Assembly: GCA_023246755.1 (NCBI GenBank)
Contig: JAHFHU010000004.1
Span: forward strand, 4,214-68,213
From: Candidatus Magasanikiibacteriota bacterium
GTDB taxonomy: Bacteria > Patescibacteriota > Patescibacteriia > Magasanikbacterales > 2-02-FULL-50-9b
Reading direction: 5' to 3'
DNA length: 64,000 bases
The position numbers were made by a program, and so were the translations under genes. Below are positions 28,203 through 38,987 of the stretch, in pieces. Under the pieces are notes generated by a model. The model made no database searches, was not told the DNA's origin, and saw only the letters and a program-made list of their open reading frames with translations. Position 1 is the stretch's first letter, and every line of letters starts with the position of its first letter.

Positions 28203-29654
28203 TTAATGCAAACTCTCAAATGAAATATCAAACATTGTGTCTTTCGTCACCATCGCATTCCAATCATACGCGCGATCACCAAAATTTTTTGATGATTCGG
28301 ATGGCGTGGCTGTTCGTACGTTTGTACCAAAATCAGCGTGAACCGTCAACTCAAATCCGTGCGTGCCGAGTTGTTTTTGAACAAGAAGGCCATAACGATG
28401 GTTCAAAATCTCCGCAACAACGGACGGTGCGAGCGCAATATCGATGGTCACCGTCGTGGTCTCACCCGGCTCGGTAAGAATAAACGATCCAATCACCGTG
28501 TGGCCGTCTTCTTGCGTCACATCCCACGCGCCCGGCGTTTTATCTTTGTGACTTTTCACCGAACCGGTCGCGTCCAAAAATTTTGTGTCAGCCGGAAAAT
28601 ACCACCGAGTGTACGTTCCATATCGCGTCGTACGCCAATCCAGCGTGCCTGTATTTTTATAGCGCATCGTTACCCGCCCGCGCCACTCGCCACTCGCAGC
28701 ATCCCGAAATACATCATATCGCATCGCGCGCTCCATCACCCGATCCGTTTTAAGACTGGCGAGATTTGCATCAACAAACATGACGCTGTCCGGCGTTCCT
28801 GATTTAAGTCGTCCACTCCACCCGAGCATGTCGAGATTGTTTTGAATTTTTGAATCACGATCGAAAATAATCACATGTCGTTCGTCGATGAGGCGCTCAA
28901 AATCACCAAGAACATTCCCCCATTGAAGTGGCGAAATGTGTTTGATACGCGAAACAAGTTCACTCGCGATCGCACCAATCACCGCCTTGCGCTCCGTTTT
29001 CGGAATACCTTGTTTGTGAAAATCAACCTCAACAGTCTGTTCGAGCAGGTCAGTAATATTTTCAGCAGTAAAAACTTTTCCGCCCGCAGTGACCGACCCC
29101 GTGTATTTCATAAGTGTTGTCAAAACTTCCGGCGTCACCCCAACAACCGTTTGAATCGCAGTCGCCTGCTGCCCATTCTCAAGTGTGTAAAAAGTAAGCG
29201 CATCTTGGCTCGCACGTGCAAAATCAGGCGACCAATTCGAATCACGAAAAAACCAGCGATCGATTAAATGATCTTTGATCGGTTGCGGCGCCGCGATCGG
29301 CGCAAGCGCGATTGCAGCACGATCAAGATTTTCGGTTCCATCGGTAAAAAGTGAAACCACCGCGCCATGATCAACGGTAACGACTCCGTACGAACCGATA
29401 AATCCGCCGCCCGGACGAATCTCGGTGTTATTGAGAAATAAAATGAGTATCGTGCGCGGCGTTTCCATCCCGAGCAATGCAGGGATCACCGCCGAACTCG
29501 CACCACTTCCACGGTGATCAAACGCTTTTGTTGCAACAAAATTCAACGCAGCAACATCGACGCGCGCCTGACGCACCAACCACCACGTACCATAGCCAAA
29601 TAATAAAAGTGCCCCGATGATACTACACAAAATTGTCGTGGTTCTCCGTGTCAT
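28203..29654 (-). CDS. DUF4012-domain membrane-anchored protein
   Basis: NNTEIRPGGGFIGSYG and RDSNWSPDF motifs. Confidence 0.88.
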   Translation of the reverse strand: MTRRTTTILCSIIGALLLFGYGTWWLVRQARVDVAALNFVATKAFDHRGSGASSAVIPALLGMETPRTILILFLNNTEIRPGGGFIGSYGVVTVDHGAVVSLFTDGTENLDRAAIALAPIAAPQPIKDHLIDRWFFRDSNWSPDFARASQDALTFYTLENGQQATAIQTVVGVTPEVLTTLMKYTGSVTAGGKVFTAENITDLLEQTVEVDFHKQGIPKTERKAVIGAIASELVSRIKHISPLQWGNVLGDFERLIDERHVIIFDRDSKIQNNLDMLGWSGRLKSGTPDSVMFVDANLASLKTDRVMERAMRYDVFRDAASGEWRGRVTMRYKNTGTLDWRTTRYGTYTRWYFPADTKFLDATGSVKSHKDKTPGAWDVTQEDGHTVIGSFILTEPGETTTVTIDIALAPSVVAEILNHRYGLLVQKQLGTHGFELTVHADFGTNVRTATPSESSKNFGDRAYDWNAMVTKDTMFDISFESLH

Positions 29655-31150
29655 AAATTTGTTTTAAATGCAGCACGTTTTTTTTGCGAAACATTAAACC
29701 CGAGATAGCGGCCAAACATGAGGCGCGTCGATGCATCGATCGCCGGCACCGCAGAAAAACAGATGAGTGAGATCGGCACAAGCACCCACTGAAGCAACAT
29801 GTAGACCCACGCGCGGCGTTTTGTTGCGTGCGGCGGACGCGGCAGCAAACGAAGCGACAGTATCATGCTACACACAAGCCCGCACATCGACGCAAACATC
29901 AGCCACTCCAAAATGTGCGGTGTATTTTGAAACAGCACCGTGCTGCGAACCGAGTCTCCCGCAACGAGTAGCGGCAATCGGCCCAGCACCAAAATAAAAA
30001 TTGATGTGGTGCACCACGAAAATTTTCCCTCCCACTGACTCCATAATCGATGCAACCGCTTGCCAAGCGGAATTTCAGGATGCAGCGGTAAATTCCAGAG
30101 CAGAAACGGAATATGCTCAACGCCCCACGCCCATCGACGCTGTTGTTTGTATAAATTGATGATGCTTTTTTTGAGTGACGGATCATTCACCGTGTCCATC
30201 GACACCGGAATATACATCGGCACGACTTCGTAGTTGCCGCCATATTTTAACCAGCACTGAAAAAAAATTCGCGAATCTTCGCTGACGATATTTTTCTGCC
30301 AAAAACCAACATCAACGAGCGCTTGGAAACTCATGCTGTGCGACGAAAATGTTACCACGAGTTCGGGACGCCCAAATCGAAATAACATAAAAAAAGTCGT
30401 ACCAAACGCCATGATGCGAAGCGGCGCCGCAGACTCCCAAATATTATTGTTATACAGCGCGACAGGTTGGAATGATGCGCGCGTTGGGTTCGGATGGTTT
30501 GCGTATAGATAGGTAAGATGTGCAAAATAATGGGGGTGAACAATCGTGTCGATATCAAACGCAGAAACAATGACGTTACGATATGAAATTCCGCGCGCAT
30601 CAAGCCATGCCTTCACGACATAACCCGCATAATGCAAGTTCGAACCCTTGCCCGGAATTTCGTCCGGCACATCTTTGGGATGCACGGTAATTATGAATGA
30701 ATAAAAAAAGTGTTCGAACTCTTTTTGTAAACGCTTTGCAAATGAATTGAAATGTTCCTGCTGTCGCTCCTCACCCGCGAGTACGATAATCATCCGCTGT
30801 GCGGGAAATGAAGAAGTCGCGAGCGCCTCAATCGTTGTCCGAACAACCGCCTCATCTTCGTTGTACACTGGTAAAAAAACGCAATGCAAATACGAATTCG
30901 ATTTTTCACCGAGTGTTGCTAATTTATCCATCCAGTTCGTTCGCAAGGTCAGGCGAAATGAACGCCAAGAAAATAATAAATAGAGAATAAAATATCCAAC
31001 ACGAAACACCCAGTACAAATCAAAAAGGATGATAAAATAAATCACCCAGAGCGGCCGAATAAAACTCAATATGGTCGCGCTTAAAAGCACGGTCCACACC
31101 AAAGCTCCGGGTAAAATTTCATAGATTCGATAGCGTGTGTAGTTGTTCAT
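29651..31150 (-). CDS. Processive GT2 glycosyltransferase, membrane-bound
   Basis: GKGSN, DID, SEDSR and QQRRWAWG (QxxRW) motifs. Confidence 0.92.
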   Translation of the reverse strand: MNNYTRYRIYEILPGALVWTVLLSATILSFIRPLWVIYFIILFDLYWVFRVGYFILYLLFSWRSFRLTLRTNWMDKLATLGEKSNSYLHCVFLPVYNEDEAVVRTTIEALATSSFPAQRMIIVLAGEERQQEHFNSFAKRLQKEFEHFFYSFIITVHPKDVPDEIPGKGSNLHYAGYVVKAWLDARGISYRNVIVSAFDIDTIVHPHYFAHLTYLYANHPNPTRASFQPVALYNNNIWESAAPLRIMAFGTTFFMLFRFGRPELVVTFSSHSMSFQALVDVGFWQKNIVSEDSRIFFQCWLKYGGNYEVVPMYIPVSMDTVNDPSLKKSIINLYKQQRRWAWGVEHIPFLLWNLPLHPEIPLGKRLHRLWSQWEGKFSWCTTSIFILVLGRLPLLVAGDSVRSTVLFQNTPHILEWLMFASMCGLVCSMILSLRLLPRPPHATKRRAWVYMLLQWVLVPISLICFSAVPAIDASTRLMFGRYLGFNVSQKKRAAFKTNL

Positions 31151-31503
31151 GTGATGTTGGGAGGGCGCTCGTACTCAAATTTTGTATTTCGTTGTTGGGC
31201 GATTGCCGCCATCACCGCGTCGGGTGTTTCAAGATTCGCGTCAACGATATAGAGCGGCACCCCACGCGTCGCGCTTAAAACACGCGCCACAACGAGCGCG
31301 GATCGGCTCGCGGAAAAACTCCCGATACGTTCGCGCAAAAGAATTGCATCCATGTCGGCGAAACCACGTTTAATTTTTTGAAGCGCGACAACGATATCTT
31401 GCCCGTGTTCCAACAGGCATTCGATGGCGAACGACCCGTCACGCATCACCCGAATCCGCATTCCCCGCTCAAGCAGTGGCTCAAGAATTAATATTTTTTT
31501 CAT
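31147..31503 (-). CDS. Short TsaB-like protein
   Basis: GSFSASR....A..L and terminal Y.RPPNIT; N-terminal lobe only. Confidence 0.6.
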   Translation of the reverse strand: MKKILILEPLLERGMRIRVMRDGSFAIECLLEHGQDIVVALQKIKRGFADMDAILLRERIGSFSASRSALVVARVLSATRGVPLYIVDANLETPDAVMAAIAQQRNTKFEYERPPNIT

Positions 31504-32102
31504 ACCGCGCGCTTCATTTTATCAAACGGAATTTGATGCGGCGCATCGAGCACTGAATATAAAAAACGATCCATCAATTGACGGCGTTCTTGAAATTCGT
31601 GTACGGTCAAAACGGTATATCGCAGTGCGGTGCCGTGTTCATGCTCAAAATCTGCAACAATTTTTGCCACGTGACGATCTGAAATATCGCCGACGACCAA
31701 AATATCAATCGGCGTCTCGCGCGCATTGGTAAAAATTCCGGTGAACAACAGAAGCTGAACTTCGCCGGTTGCGGTGAATGCAGAAACAAGGGATTGCTCG
31801 CCGAGCATGTGCGATTTCATGAGCAACGCATGCAGCTCCGGATACAAAACTGAGTTTTCGTTGAGTCGATAGTATTTTCGTTTTGTTTCATGCGGATCGT
31901 CGGACAACGCAGAAAGCGACTCGTCGACAATAACGCTAATAATCCCCGCGTTTGTGAGGTGTGCAAGTTCGCGCCGAACAGCATTAATTTGTACATCAAG
32001 CAAACGAGTCAGCTCACGGACATAAAACCGCTTCTCGGCATCGCGAAAAAAAATCCGCAAAAGCTTCACCCGCGTCCTTGAACCAAAAAGGTGTTCAAGC
32101 AT
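31500..32102 (-). CDS. Winged-helix protein fused to a nucleotidyltransferase-like domain
   Basis: LFGS.TR.KLL..F, YVREL.R, NAVRREL..L; G.F...IDILVVG. Confidence 0.8.
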   Translation of the reverse strand: MLEHLFGSRTRVKLLRIFFRDAEKRFYVRELTRLLDVQINAVRRELAHLTNAGIISVIVDESLSALSDDPHETKRKYYRLNENSVLYPELHALLMKSHMLGEQSLVSAFTATGEVQLLLFTGIFTNARETPIDILVVGDISDRHVAKIVADFEHEHGTALRYTVLTVHEFQERRQLMDRFLYSVLDAPHQIPFDKMKRAV

Positions 32103-32163
32103 AATCAATATTGTAGTCAGTCTCGCGATTTAGTATAATCGGTGAGGCCCTTCTGGTCAATGT

Positions 32164-34266
32164 ATGAGCGAACGCATCGAGCTCCGCGTCCACGACTTCC
32201 TTGCTGAAGGCCGTGACGAATCAAAATCCCATGTTTTACTAGAAATTACACAGCCCGCTGCGAATGAGGTCGCAACGCATGGTCATTTTTTTGCCATCGC
32301 CGAGCTTGTGGGCGCAACTCCAAAAACCATACAAATGGTCCGCTCGTGGATCGAATTTGCAATTGAAAGTTACTACAAGAGCACCCCGACAAACATTGAA
32401 TCCCATTTTGAAACGATTCTCGGGCAACTCAACACACAAAGCTCGCTCTATTTAAAACAACACGCACACGAAGAAATTAACATTGCCGTTGCCGCAACAT
32501 GCAACTCGACGCTTTACCTCGCAACGCATGGCCGCCCGGCTGCGCTGCTCTTCTACAAAAAAAATGAGGGGTGGCAGTCACTGGACATGATTGATCCGGA
32601 TGCGGCTGATATTCCCGGCCAGCTTTTTTCAAATGTTATCAACGGTGTAATGCGTGTCGATGATCGATTTTTACTTGCGACACCGCGTGTCACCGAATTT
32701 TTTACGGCGGATCGGCTCGCGAAAATTTGTGAGGGCAAATCAATGCAAGAAGTCAATGATCACATGCTCAGAATTTTAAGCGATCTTTCGTCGGAATATT
32801 CATTTGGTGGCGTATGGCTTCGACTTGTGCGCGCATTTGATGAAACAAAAGAGATCATGCAACAAAAAATCCCGGCAGGCTCGATTGTACGACCCGAAAA
32901 AAAATCCGATGTTTCAATGGATGATCTCATGAAAAAAACGAGAACGACCGCTGAAATTCTCGCGCCCCCAATTCTGACGATTCCAAAAGATAAAATTATC
33001 ACCAACTCGTTGATGCTCATCCAATCAAACGCAATTCGCGCTGGAAAATTTCTCACGAGTGCTGTGCGTTCTACGACTCACGCGATTTCGTCAAAAAAAA
33101 GTTCACCGACCACAGAACGCATCACGCCAAAACAATTTTTAAATACAACAAAAAATAGTCTTGGTTTGCGTTTCAGTGCGATGCCAAAAAAACGAAAATA
33201 TGTTTTGGTCGCAGCAATTACGACGATGCTGCTTGCGGTAATTATCGTCGGAATCATCGCCTACTCACGATCTCGCACCGCGCAAACACAAAGTGTTCAA
33301 ACGCAACTGACGGTGATTCGCGATACACTACGCTCCGCAAATGAATCGTTCACCTATCAAAATGAATCGGCCGCACGCACGACGCTCAGCCAAGCGAAAA
33401 ATCTTTTGAGCGCACTTCCAGAATCTACCAAAACAGCGCCCGATGGCACCGCACTACAAACCGAAATAACCGATGCGACCAATAAAATTTTGCACATTAC
33501 GTCAGTCACACCCATTACTCCAGCTTTTGCATCCGCACTCACTATTCGAGATATCACGACAATGGGAACGAGCGCGATCGCACTTTCAACAACCGGTGAT
33601 ATCGTTTATTTAAAAGATGGTCTCAAAAAAATAGCGACGGTTGATGCGGCGACAGAAAAAATTTTTTCCGATGAATCGAGCAAGCGTCTGTTCGTCATGA
33701 CAAAAAATCACACATTTAAAACAATCGCGCTCGATGGAAATAAAACGACGGATGTCGTGGTAAATTTCACACCTGAAAATACTCACACAAAAATTGCAAA
33801 CATTTATTCAGACCGTCTGTATACCTATGACAGCGAAACGAATATGATCTATCGCTATGAACATGCGGGCGATGCGTATACGAACGGTAAGCGCTGGATC
33901 GTCGACAAAAGTGGAAATCCGACAAATATAGCTGATTTTGTTGTTGATAATTCGATTTGGATGCGTTCGACGACCGGTGGAATTCTTAAATATACTGCGG
34001 GAAAATTGCAAACATTTAAAATTAGTAATCTCGAACCAGACACAACACACATTGATCAAATTTTGACGAGTGCCTCAGATAAAATTTATTTTCTCGATTC
34101 ACAAAATCATCGCATCGTGCAGACCGAACGCGATGGAAAACTTATCACACAATTTGTCTATCCAGAATCCACGCACATAACGCGCATCGCTCTTGATAAA
34201 ACCGAAACGACCGCCACCGGAATTTCCGATGACGGTCGCGTCGTACAATTTGCTTTGAGCAAATAA
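32164..34266 (+). CDS. Single-pass membrane protein: PP2C-like N-terminal domain and extracellular beta-propeller
   Basis: 700-aa ORF with a central TM (YVLVAAITTMLLAVIIVGII); NHL-like IYFLD..N.RIV. Confidence 0.7.
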   Translation: MSERIELRVHDFLAEGRDESKSHVLLEITQPAANEVATHGHFFAIAELVGATPKTIQMVRSWIEFAIESYYKSTPTNIESHFETILGQLNTQSSLYLKQHAHEEINIAVAATCNSTLYLATHGRPAALLFYKKNEGWQSLDMIDPDAADIPGQLFSNVINGVMRVDDRFLLATPRVTEFFTADRLAKICEGKSMQEVNDHMLRILSDLSSEYSFGGVWLRLVRAFDETKEIMQQKIPAGSIVRPEKKSDVSMDDLMKKTRTTAEILAPPILTIPKDKIITNSLMLIQSNAIRAGKFLTSAVRSTTHAISSKKSSPTTERITPKQFLNTTKNSLGLRFSAMPKKRKYVLVAAITTMLLAVIIVGIIAYSRSRTAQTQSVQTQLTVIRDTLRSANESFTYQNESAARTTLSQAKNLLSALPESTKTAPDGTALQTEITDATNKILHITSVTPITPAFASALTIRDITTMGTSAIALSTTGDIVYLKDGLKKIATVDAATEKIFSDESSKRLFVMTKNHTFKTIALDGNKTTDVVVNFTPENTHTKIANIYSDRLYTYDSETNMIYRYEHAGDAYTNGKRWIVDKSGNPTNIADFVVDNSIWMRSTTGGILKYTAGKLQTFKISNLEPDTTHIDQILTSASDKIYFLDSQNHRIVQTERDGKLITQFVYPESTHITRIALDKTETTATGISDDGRVVQFALSK

Positions 34267-34267
34267 T

Positions 34268-34657
34268 TTATTTAAGTACCGCTTTACCACCCGCTTCCTC
34301 AATTTTCTTCTTGATTTCTTCAGCTTCTGCTTTTGGTGCATTTTCTTTAACCATTTTTGGCGCGCCATCAACAACTGCTTTTGCTTCTGCAAGACCGAGA
34401 CCGGTAATTTCGCGAACAACCTTAATCACCGCAATCTTGTTTGCACCCGCTTCAGTGAGCTCAACATTGAACTCTGTTTTTTCTTCTGCTGCGGGAGCTG
34501 CTGCGCCTGCTGCAGGGCCCGCCATCATCATAGCTGGAGCTGCTGCTGAAACGCCGTAGTGATCTTCAAGAGTTTTTACCAATTCTGAAAGATCAAGAAC
34601 TGACATCTTATCGATTTCAGCGATAAGTGATTGGAACTTTGCTGGAATATCTGACAT
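34268..34657 (-). CDS. rplL: 50S ribosomal protein L7/L12
   Basis: [29 protein letters not shown]. Confidence 0.98.
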   Translation of the reverse strand: MSDIPAKFQSLIAEIDKMSVLDLSELVKTLEDHYGVSAAAPAMMMAGPAAGAAAPAAEEKTEFNVELTEAGANKIAVIKVVREITGLGLAEAKAVVDGAPKMVKENAPKAEAEEIKKKIEEAGGKAVLK

Positions 34658-34669
34658 AGTAATTAATAA

Positions 34670-35191
34670 TTATTGTGCTTTCTTTTCTTGAACCTGACTC
34701 AAGGCGGTAACAAAACCGCGTGTGATACCTGACAATGTCGTAACCAAACCAACACGCGGCGCATTGAGCACCTGTGCGAGCTGAGCGAGTAACTGCTGCT
34801 TGCTTGGAAGTGCGGCGAGCGCCTTAACTTGCGCTGCGTCGATGAAGCGACCCTCAAGAGTTCCGCCCACGATTTTAACCTGTTCAACCTCTTTGCTCAT
34901 GAGCGCAATGACGTTTGCTGCACCAACTTCGTCGGCACCGAATGCGACGGCGATGTTGCCATCGATCTCTTTTGTGTTCAGCTCAAAGCCAGCTGCGCGT
35001 GCCGCTAAATTGATCAACGTCTTTTTTGCGACCATGTATCCAACGCCAGATTTCTCAGCCGTTCGGCGAAGTTTATTGACGTTTTTTACGGTGATTCCTT
35101 TATAATCAACGAAAACCGAGCTTTTTGATGCCTTAAAGGCATCTGTCAAGCGAGCGAGATCTGCTGATTTTTGTGCTTTTGTTTTTGCCAT
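34670..35191 (-). CDS. rplJ: 50S ribosomal protein L10
   Basis: DYKG.TV...LR, VAKKTL, LA.LPS; starts MAKTK. Confidence 0.96.
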   Translation of the reverse strand: MAKTKAQKSADLARLTDAFKASKSSVFVDYKGITVKNVNKLRRTAEKSGVGYMVAKKTLINLAARAAGFELNTKEIDGNIAVAFGADEVGAANVIALMSKEVEQVKIVGGTLEGRFIDAAQVKALAALPSKQQLLAQLAQVLNAPRVGLVTTLSGITRGFVTALSQVQEKKAQ

Positions 35192-35194
35192 ACA

Positions 35195-35326
35195 AAAAAT
35201 TACGGCTATCAACCGTAAACAATTAAGGGCCCTCGACCTGAAATTCCTGCGTATTCGCAAGAATTAAGTGGGCGACCTCGGCAGGATTTATTGGAATTTT
35301 TGATACCAAACCTGCTGTCTACGGTA
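35195..35326 (-). promoter_or_regulatory. Ribosomal protein L10 leader
   Basis: CCGTAGACAGCAGG...TAAATCCTGCCGAGG consensus, then an attenuator-like hairpin TTACGG..CCGTAA with a T-tract upstream of rplJ. Confidence 0.85.
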
Positions 35327-35391
35327 GTTGGACTATTGTAATAAATCGGGGCACGCTTGTCAAGCGATTGGGGCGTACTCGTCAAAATTGT

Positions 35392-36024
35392 TCAAACTAT
35401 TTTTGAGCCTGCCCATTTTTTTTCATGTAAAACGCGTGACAAATCAGACAGATTTTGCCCTCCAACAAATGATACGCTCATCTGATTTTTTTGTGCGAGC
35501 CGCGCCGCAGTCGGATCAAATGGTGCGTGCATCCCGGGCGTCCATTGCGTCCCCACAATTTCTCGATACTGTTTCCATGTCAGCTGATCGAACTTTCGGG
35601 CGTCCGGATTTTTTTCAGGATCTGAATCAAACACGTACGCGGTTGAAGAAATATTTATGATTGATTGAGCGCCACGCGTGATGGCGTGACGCGTCGCGAT
35701 GCCATCAGATGACTCGCCGGGCTTGCCGCCAAACGCAACTTCAACGCCCCGAATCCCTTTGAGCGCTGCTTTCAAAAATTCACCGTTTACCCGACACACA
35801 CCGATTCCGATCGTATCGAGTTCAACATCACTAAATTTAAATTGACGTCCCGCTGCTTGATAAACGCGACACGTGTTACCACCTCCCGCGATGATGACGA
35901 ACTTAAAACCTTTTTTTGATTCAGCCGCAATGATGCTTCTGAATTTTTTTATAAATTCGACGTGAACTCCCGTACCATTAATGATCATCGAGCCGCCCAA
36001 CGAAATTACTACAGTTTTTTTCAT
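35392..36024 (-). CDS. pyrH: UMP kinase, archaeal type
   Basis: VISLGGS, GGGN..R.Y, PG.SSD, DP.KNP.A and PFDP.A motifs. Confidence 0.9.
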   Translation of the reverse strand: MKKTVVISLGGSMIINGTGVHVEFIKKFRSIIAAESKKGFKFVIIAGGGNTCRVYQAAGRQFKFSDVELDTIGIGVCRVNGEFLKAALKGIRGVEVAFGGKPGESSDGIATRHAITRGAQSIINISSTAYVFDSDPEKNPDARKFDQLTWKQYREIVGTQWTPGMHAPFDPTAARLAQKNQMSVSFVGGQNLSDLSRVLHEKKWAGSKIV

Positions 36025-36236
36025 ACATTAAATTTTTTTTTCATATCGATAACCCGCTGTTCAACATGCGCAAGATATGTTTGGAGCTCGTCAGCCAATG
36101 CGAGTCCCCGTTCAAATTTATTAAGCGCGTCCTCGATTGATACATCACCCTTTTCAAACCACTGCGTGATTTCTTCAAGCTCGGCAAACTGCTCGGTAAA
36201 CGTTTTTTCTTTTTTATTTTTTTGTGCAGCAGACAT
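36021..36236 (-). CDS. xseB: Exonuclease VII small subunit
   Basis: F....ELE.I...FE.G...IE.AL.KFERG. Confidence 0.93.
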   Translation of the reverse strand: MSAAQKNKKEKTFTEQFAELEEITQWFEKGDVSIEDALNKFERGLALADELQTYLAHVEQRVIDMKKKFNV

Positions 36237-36239
36237 AGT

Positions 36240-37778
36240 TTATTTACGTGGTTCGATATGCAACAAGCAAAGATCTCGCGAGCATTGAATCACCTTATAC
36301 ATTTGATTTTTAAAAATCGATGTTCGTGATAATGCTTCTGCGCGCTCCAATACACGCTGATTGCCAATCATAACATATTGAAAATCGAACGGTATTTCGG
36401 GACTTTTTTGAACACGAATCTGTCTCCCTGCATAATATTCAATATTAGGATTATCGAGCCACGAGTCCATACCAACCGTTCCATCAACCATAATTACCTT
36501 TTCAGTGGGTGGGATCGTATAAATTACCTTGATAAGATCAATCTCGCCTCCAAATCCAAATCCAGCGCTCTTGTCTTGATACAACCGTGTCAAACCAAAA
36601 TAAATAAATAACCAAAACACAATGACCAGAGCAAACGGGACTGCAATCGATGCAATTTGCTTACGAGAAATATATGATTGAAAAAAATCAATGAAGAGAA
36701 CACAACCGAATGCCACAGCAATTGAATAATAATACTGGTAGTAAATATGGATAAATGTTGCTTGTGGAATGATCAGCGCATAAAGAAAAGTGCCGACAAA
36801 AAAAACTATTGCAAGATGTTTGAGCTGTAAACCAGTTGTTGTAATATCCTGTTTGATCTGCTTCCAATTTCCTAACGCGCGCACAGAAAAAAACGTGGCA
36901 ATGTATCCAACCACTGAGCCATAGCTGAGCCAAAAGTGTTCGAGCTGGTGCCGCGTCCAATTAAGCCAAAACCCATGTTGGCCTGATCCACTTCGATATG
37001 CATACAATCCCTTAAAACCCGATACCGCCTCATTCGTTGAAGTTGATTGAAGGATGGTCTGTCCAACGACAACGGTGACTCCGGCGACTCCGGCGGGGAC
37101 ACAAGCCACCATCAATTTTTTCGATGGCGCGTGCAGTCGGCTCGCGCATATTTGCGCGATGAAAAGCAAACCACCAAAAATAAAACCGGACCAGTCCGAC
37201 CACATCATTCCAAAAATTGCGATCGCCCAGAGCCATGGAACCGAATCCTTTTTTGTATGAAACCGCTCGTGGCCGAGCATTGCAAGCGCTGCAAAAAAAA
37301 TTACAAACGGCTCCTGATCAAGTTTACGACAAAAAATAATAATGATCGGCGTCAGTGACCAAAAAAATGAAAATAGCGTCGCTTCTTTTAGCGTATGTCG
37401 TTCACGCCACGCAAACCAAAAAATAATCGTCGTTAAAATTGTTACGAAACCCGCAAGTGACCGAACCGACCACTCTTTAAACCCAAATAATCCTGTCCAC
37501 AAATAGAGGGGTATCGCGATAAATTGTGGATGACTCGTGTACCAACCCGTCGCAATCTTGCCACCATGTCCATCATCCGCAGTTCCTGCAACAGCACCAA
37601 AATATGCATGAGCAAAATTAACTTCATGCATATTTTGTGCTTTGAGTAACCAAAACGGCGGGGCCCAATTTATATGAAAACGCCCGTCAACAAAGGGGTC
37701 TGTGAGACGAAGCGATAAAATTGCAATCTGCAATAAAATTACACCAACAAAAAATCGTTTCCAAAAATGATCATTCAT
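36240..37778 (-). CDS. ArnT/PMT-like (GT-C) membrane glycosyltransferase
   Basis: YTSHP, LFG..EWSVR, IH.YY motifs; many TM segments. Confidence 0.75.
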   Translation of the reverse strand: MNDHFWKRFFVGVILLQIAILSLRLTDPFVDGRFHINWAPPFWLLKAQNMHEVNFAHAYFGAVAGTADDGHGGKIATGWYTSHPQFIAIPLYLWTGLFGFKEWSVRSLAGFVTILTTIIFWFAWRERHTLKEATLFSFFWSLTPIIIIFCRKLDQEPFVIFFAALAMLGHERFHTKKDSVPWLWAIAIFGMMWSDWSGFIFGGLLFIAQICASRLHAPSKKLMVACVPAGVAGVTVVVGQTILQSTSTNEAVSGFKGLYAYRSGSGQHGFWLNWTRHQLEHFWLSYGSVVGYIATFFSVRALGNWKQIKQDITTTGLQLKHLAIVFFVGTFLYALIIPQATFIHIYYQYYYSIAVAFGCVLFIDFFQSYISRKQIASIAVPFALVIVFWLFIYFGLTRLYQDKSAGFGFGGEIDLIKVIYTIPPTEKVIMVDGTVGMDSWLDNPNIEYYAGRQIRVQKSPEIPFDFQYVMIGNQRVLERAEALSRTSIFKNQMYKVIQCSRDLCLLHIEPRK

Positions 37779-38950
37779 ACATCGATTCGAATTGGCACAT
37801 CACCATCATAATAAATCTGTCGGGCTGAACCGGCGGCTCGCAAAGCGGCAGCGCTGGCGATAATAGTACCATCTTTTGCTTGCGTATAGGAATAGCCCCG
37901 CGTCAATAACCGTTTTGGATCAAGCGAGCGAATCATTCGCGCCGCATGATCAACGGATTCGTGCACTCGACGAATTTTTTGTTCGAGCAAATCACGTCGC
38001 ATGAGCAGCTGACGATGCGTTCCATTAATGCGCTCTTTGATCGAACGCAACCATCGCTCCGCAGCATACGTTATGTGTGCTGTATGTGCGCGCTCACGGC
38101 TCAACCGCGCGTCGATCGCATACGCGTATTGCGCGACCACATGACGAATGCCGCGCGCAACATCATCTCGATCAGGAAAAACAAGTTCCGCAGCATTACT
38201 CGGCGTCGCTGCGCGTATATCTGCAACTAAATCAATGATCGTCACATCACGCTCGTGACCGACACCGCTTACCACCGGCACCCGCGACGCGTAACACGCA
38301 CGCGCAACTGCTTCCGTATTAAATACATGCAGATCTTCAAGTGAGCCCCCACCGCGTGTGACAATGATTACATCAAATTCCATTGTCCGAGCACCCGCAT
38401 GTTCAAGTGCGGCGACAACTTCGGCAACCGCGGCGTCACCCTGCACACCGACATGATAGTGCGTGATCTCCGCCGCAGGCCACCGCGTGCCTGCAACACG
38501 CAAAAAATCAGTATATGCCGCCGCTTCACGCGAGGTGATGAGCGCAACACGCGACGGAAACCTCGGCAACGATCGTTTTCGCGCACTGTCGAACAACCCC
38601 TCAATTTCCAACTTTTTTTTAAGTAAATCAAACGAACGCCGCAAACTCCCCTCACCCGATAATCGAATTGATTGCACGACAAAACTGAATTTTCCGTATT
38701 TTGGATATAATTTTCCAACGCCGGTCACCGCAATTTTCATTCCGTCCGCAAGCTGCTCTTTCAGCTGCCACACCGTCAAAAAACAGTTCACGACCGCAGC
38801 ACCATCTTTCAAGTCAAAACGCACCCATTGCCCGCCCGAAATCGCAAACGAAGAAACTTCGCCTTCAATTTCAAAAGCGCCGGACGGAGTCGTCACGGCA
38901 AGTGTTTCATTAATTAACTCAACAAACTGAGAAACAGAGAGTGTGTTCAT
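37775..38950 (-). CDS. xseA: Exonuclease VII large subunit
   Basis: RGGGSLEDL, SGVGHE.D, RAATPS and LL.RGY motifs. Confidence 0.97.
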   Translation of the reverse strand: MNTLSVSQFVELINETLAVTTPSGAFEIEGEVSSFAISGGQWVRFDLKDGAAVVNCFLTVWQLKEQLADGMKIAVTGVGKLYPKYGKFSFVVQSIRLSGEGSLRRSFDLLKKKLEIEGLFDSARKRSLPRFPSRVALITSREAAAYTDFLRVAGTRWPAAEITHYHVGVQGDAAVAEVVAALEHAGARTMEFDVIIVTRGGGSLEDLHVFNTEAVARACYASRVPVVSGVGHERDVTIIDLVADIRAATPSNAAELVFPDRDDVARGIRHVVAQYAYAIDARLSRERAHTAHITYAAERWLRSIKERINGTHRQLLMRRDLLEQKIRRVHESVDHAARMIRSLDPKRLLTRGYSYTQAKDGTIIASAAALRAAGSARQIYYDGDVPIRIDV

Positions 38951-38987
38951 ATTTTATATCGGCTATGCATCAGTATAACACGGCTAC

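Noticed and set aside
35192-35260. Extended rplJ start
   Set aside because: It falls within the L10 leader; MAKTK is the plausible start
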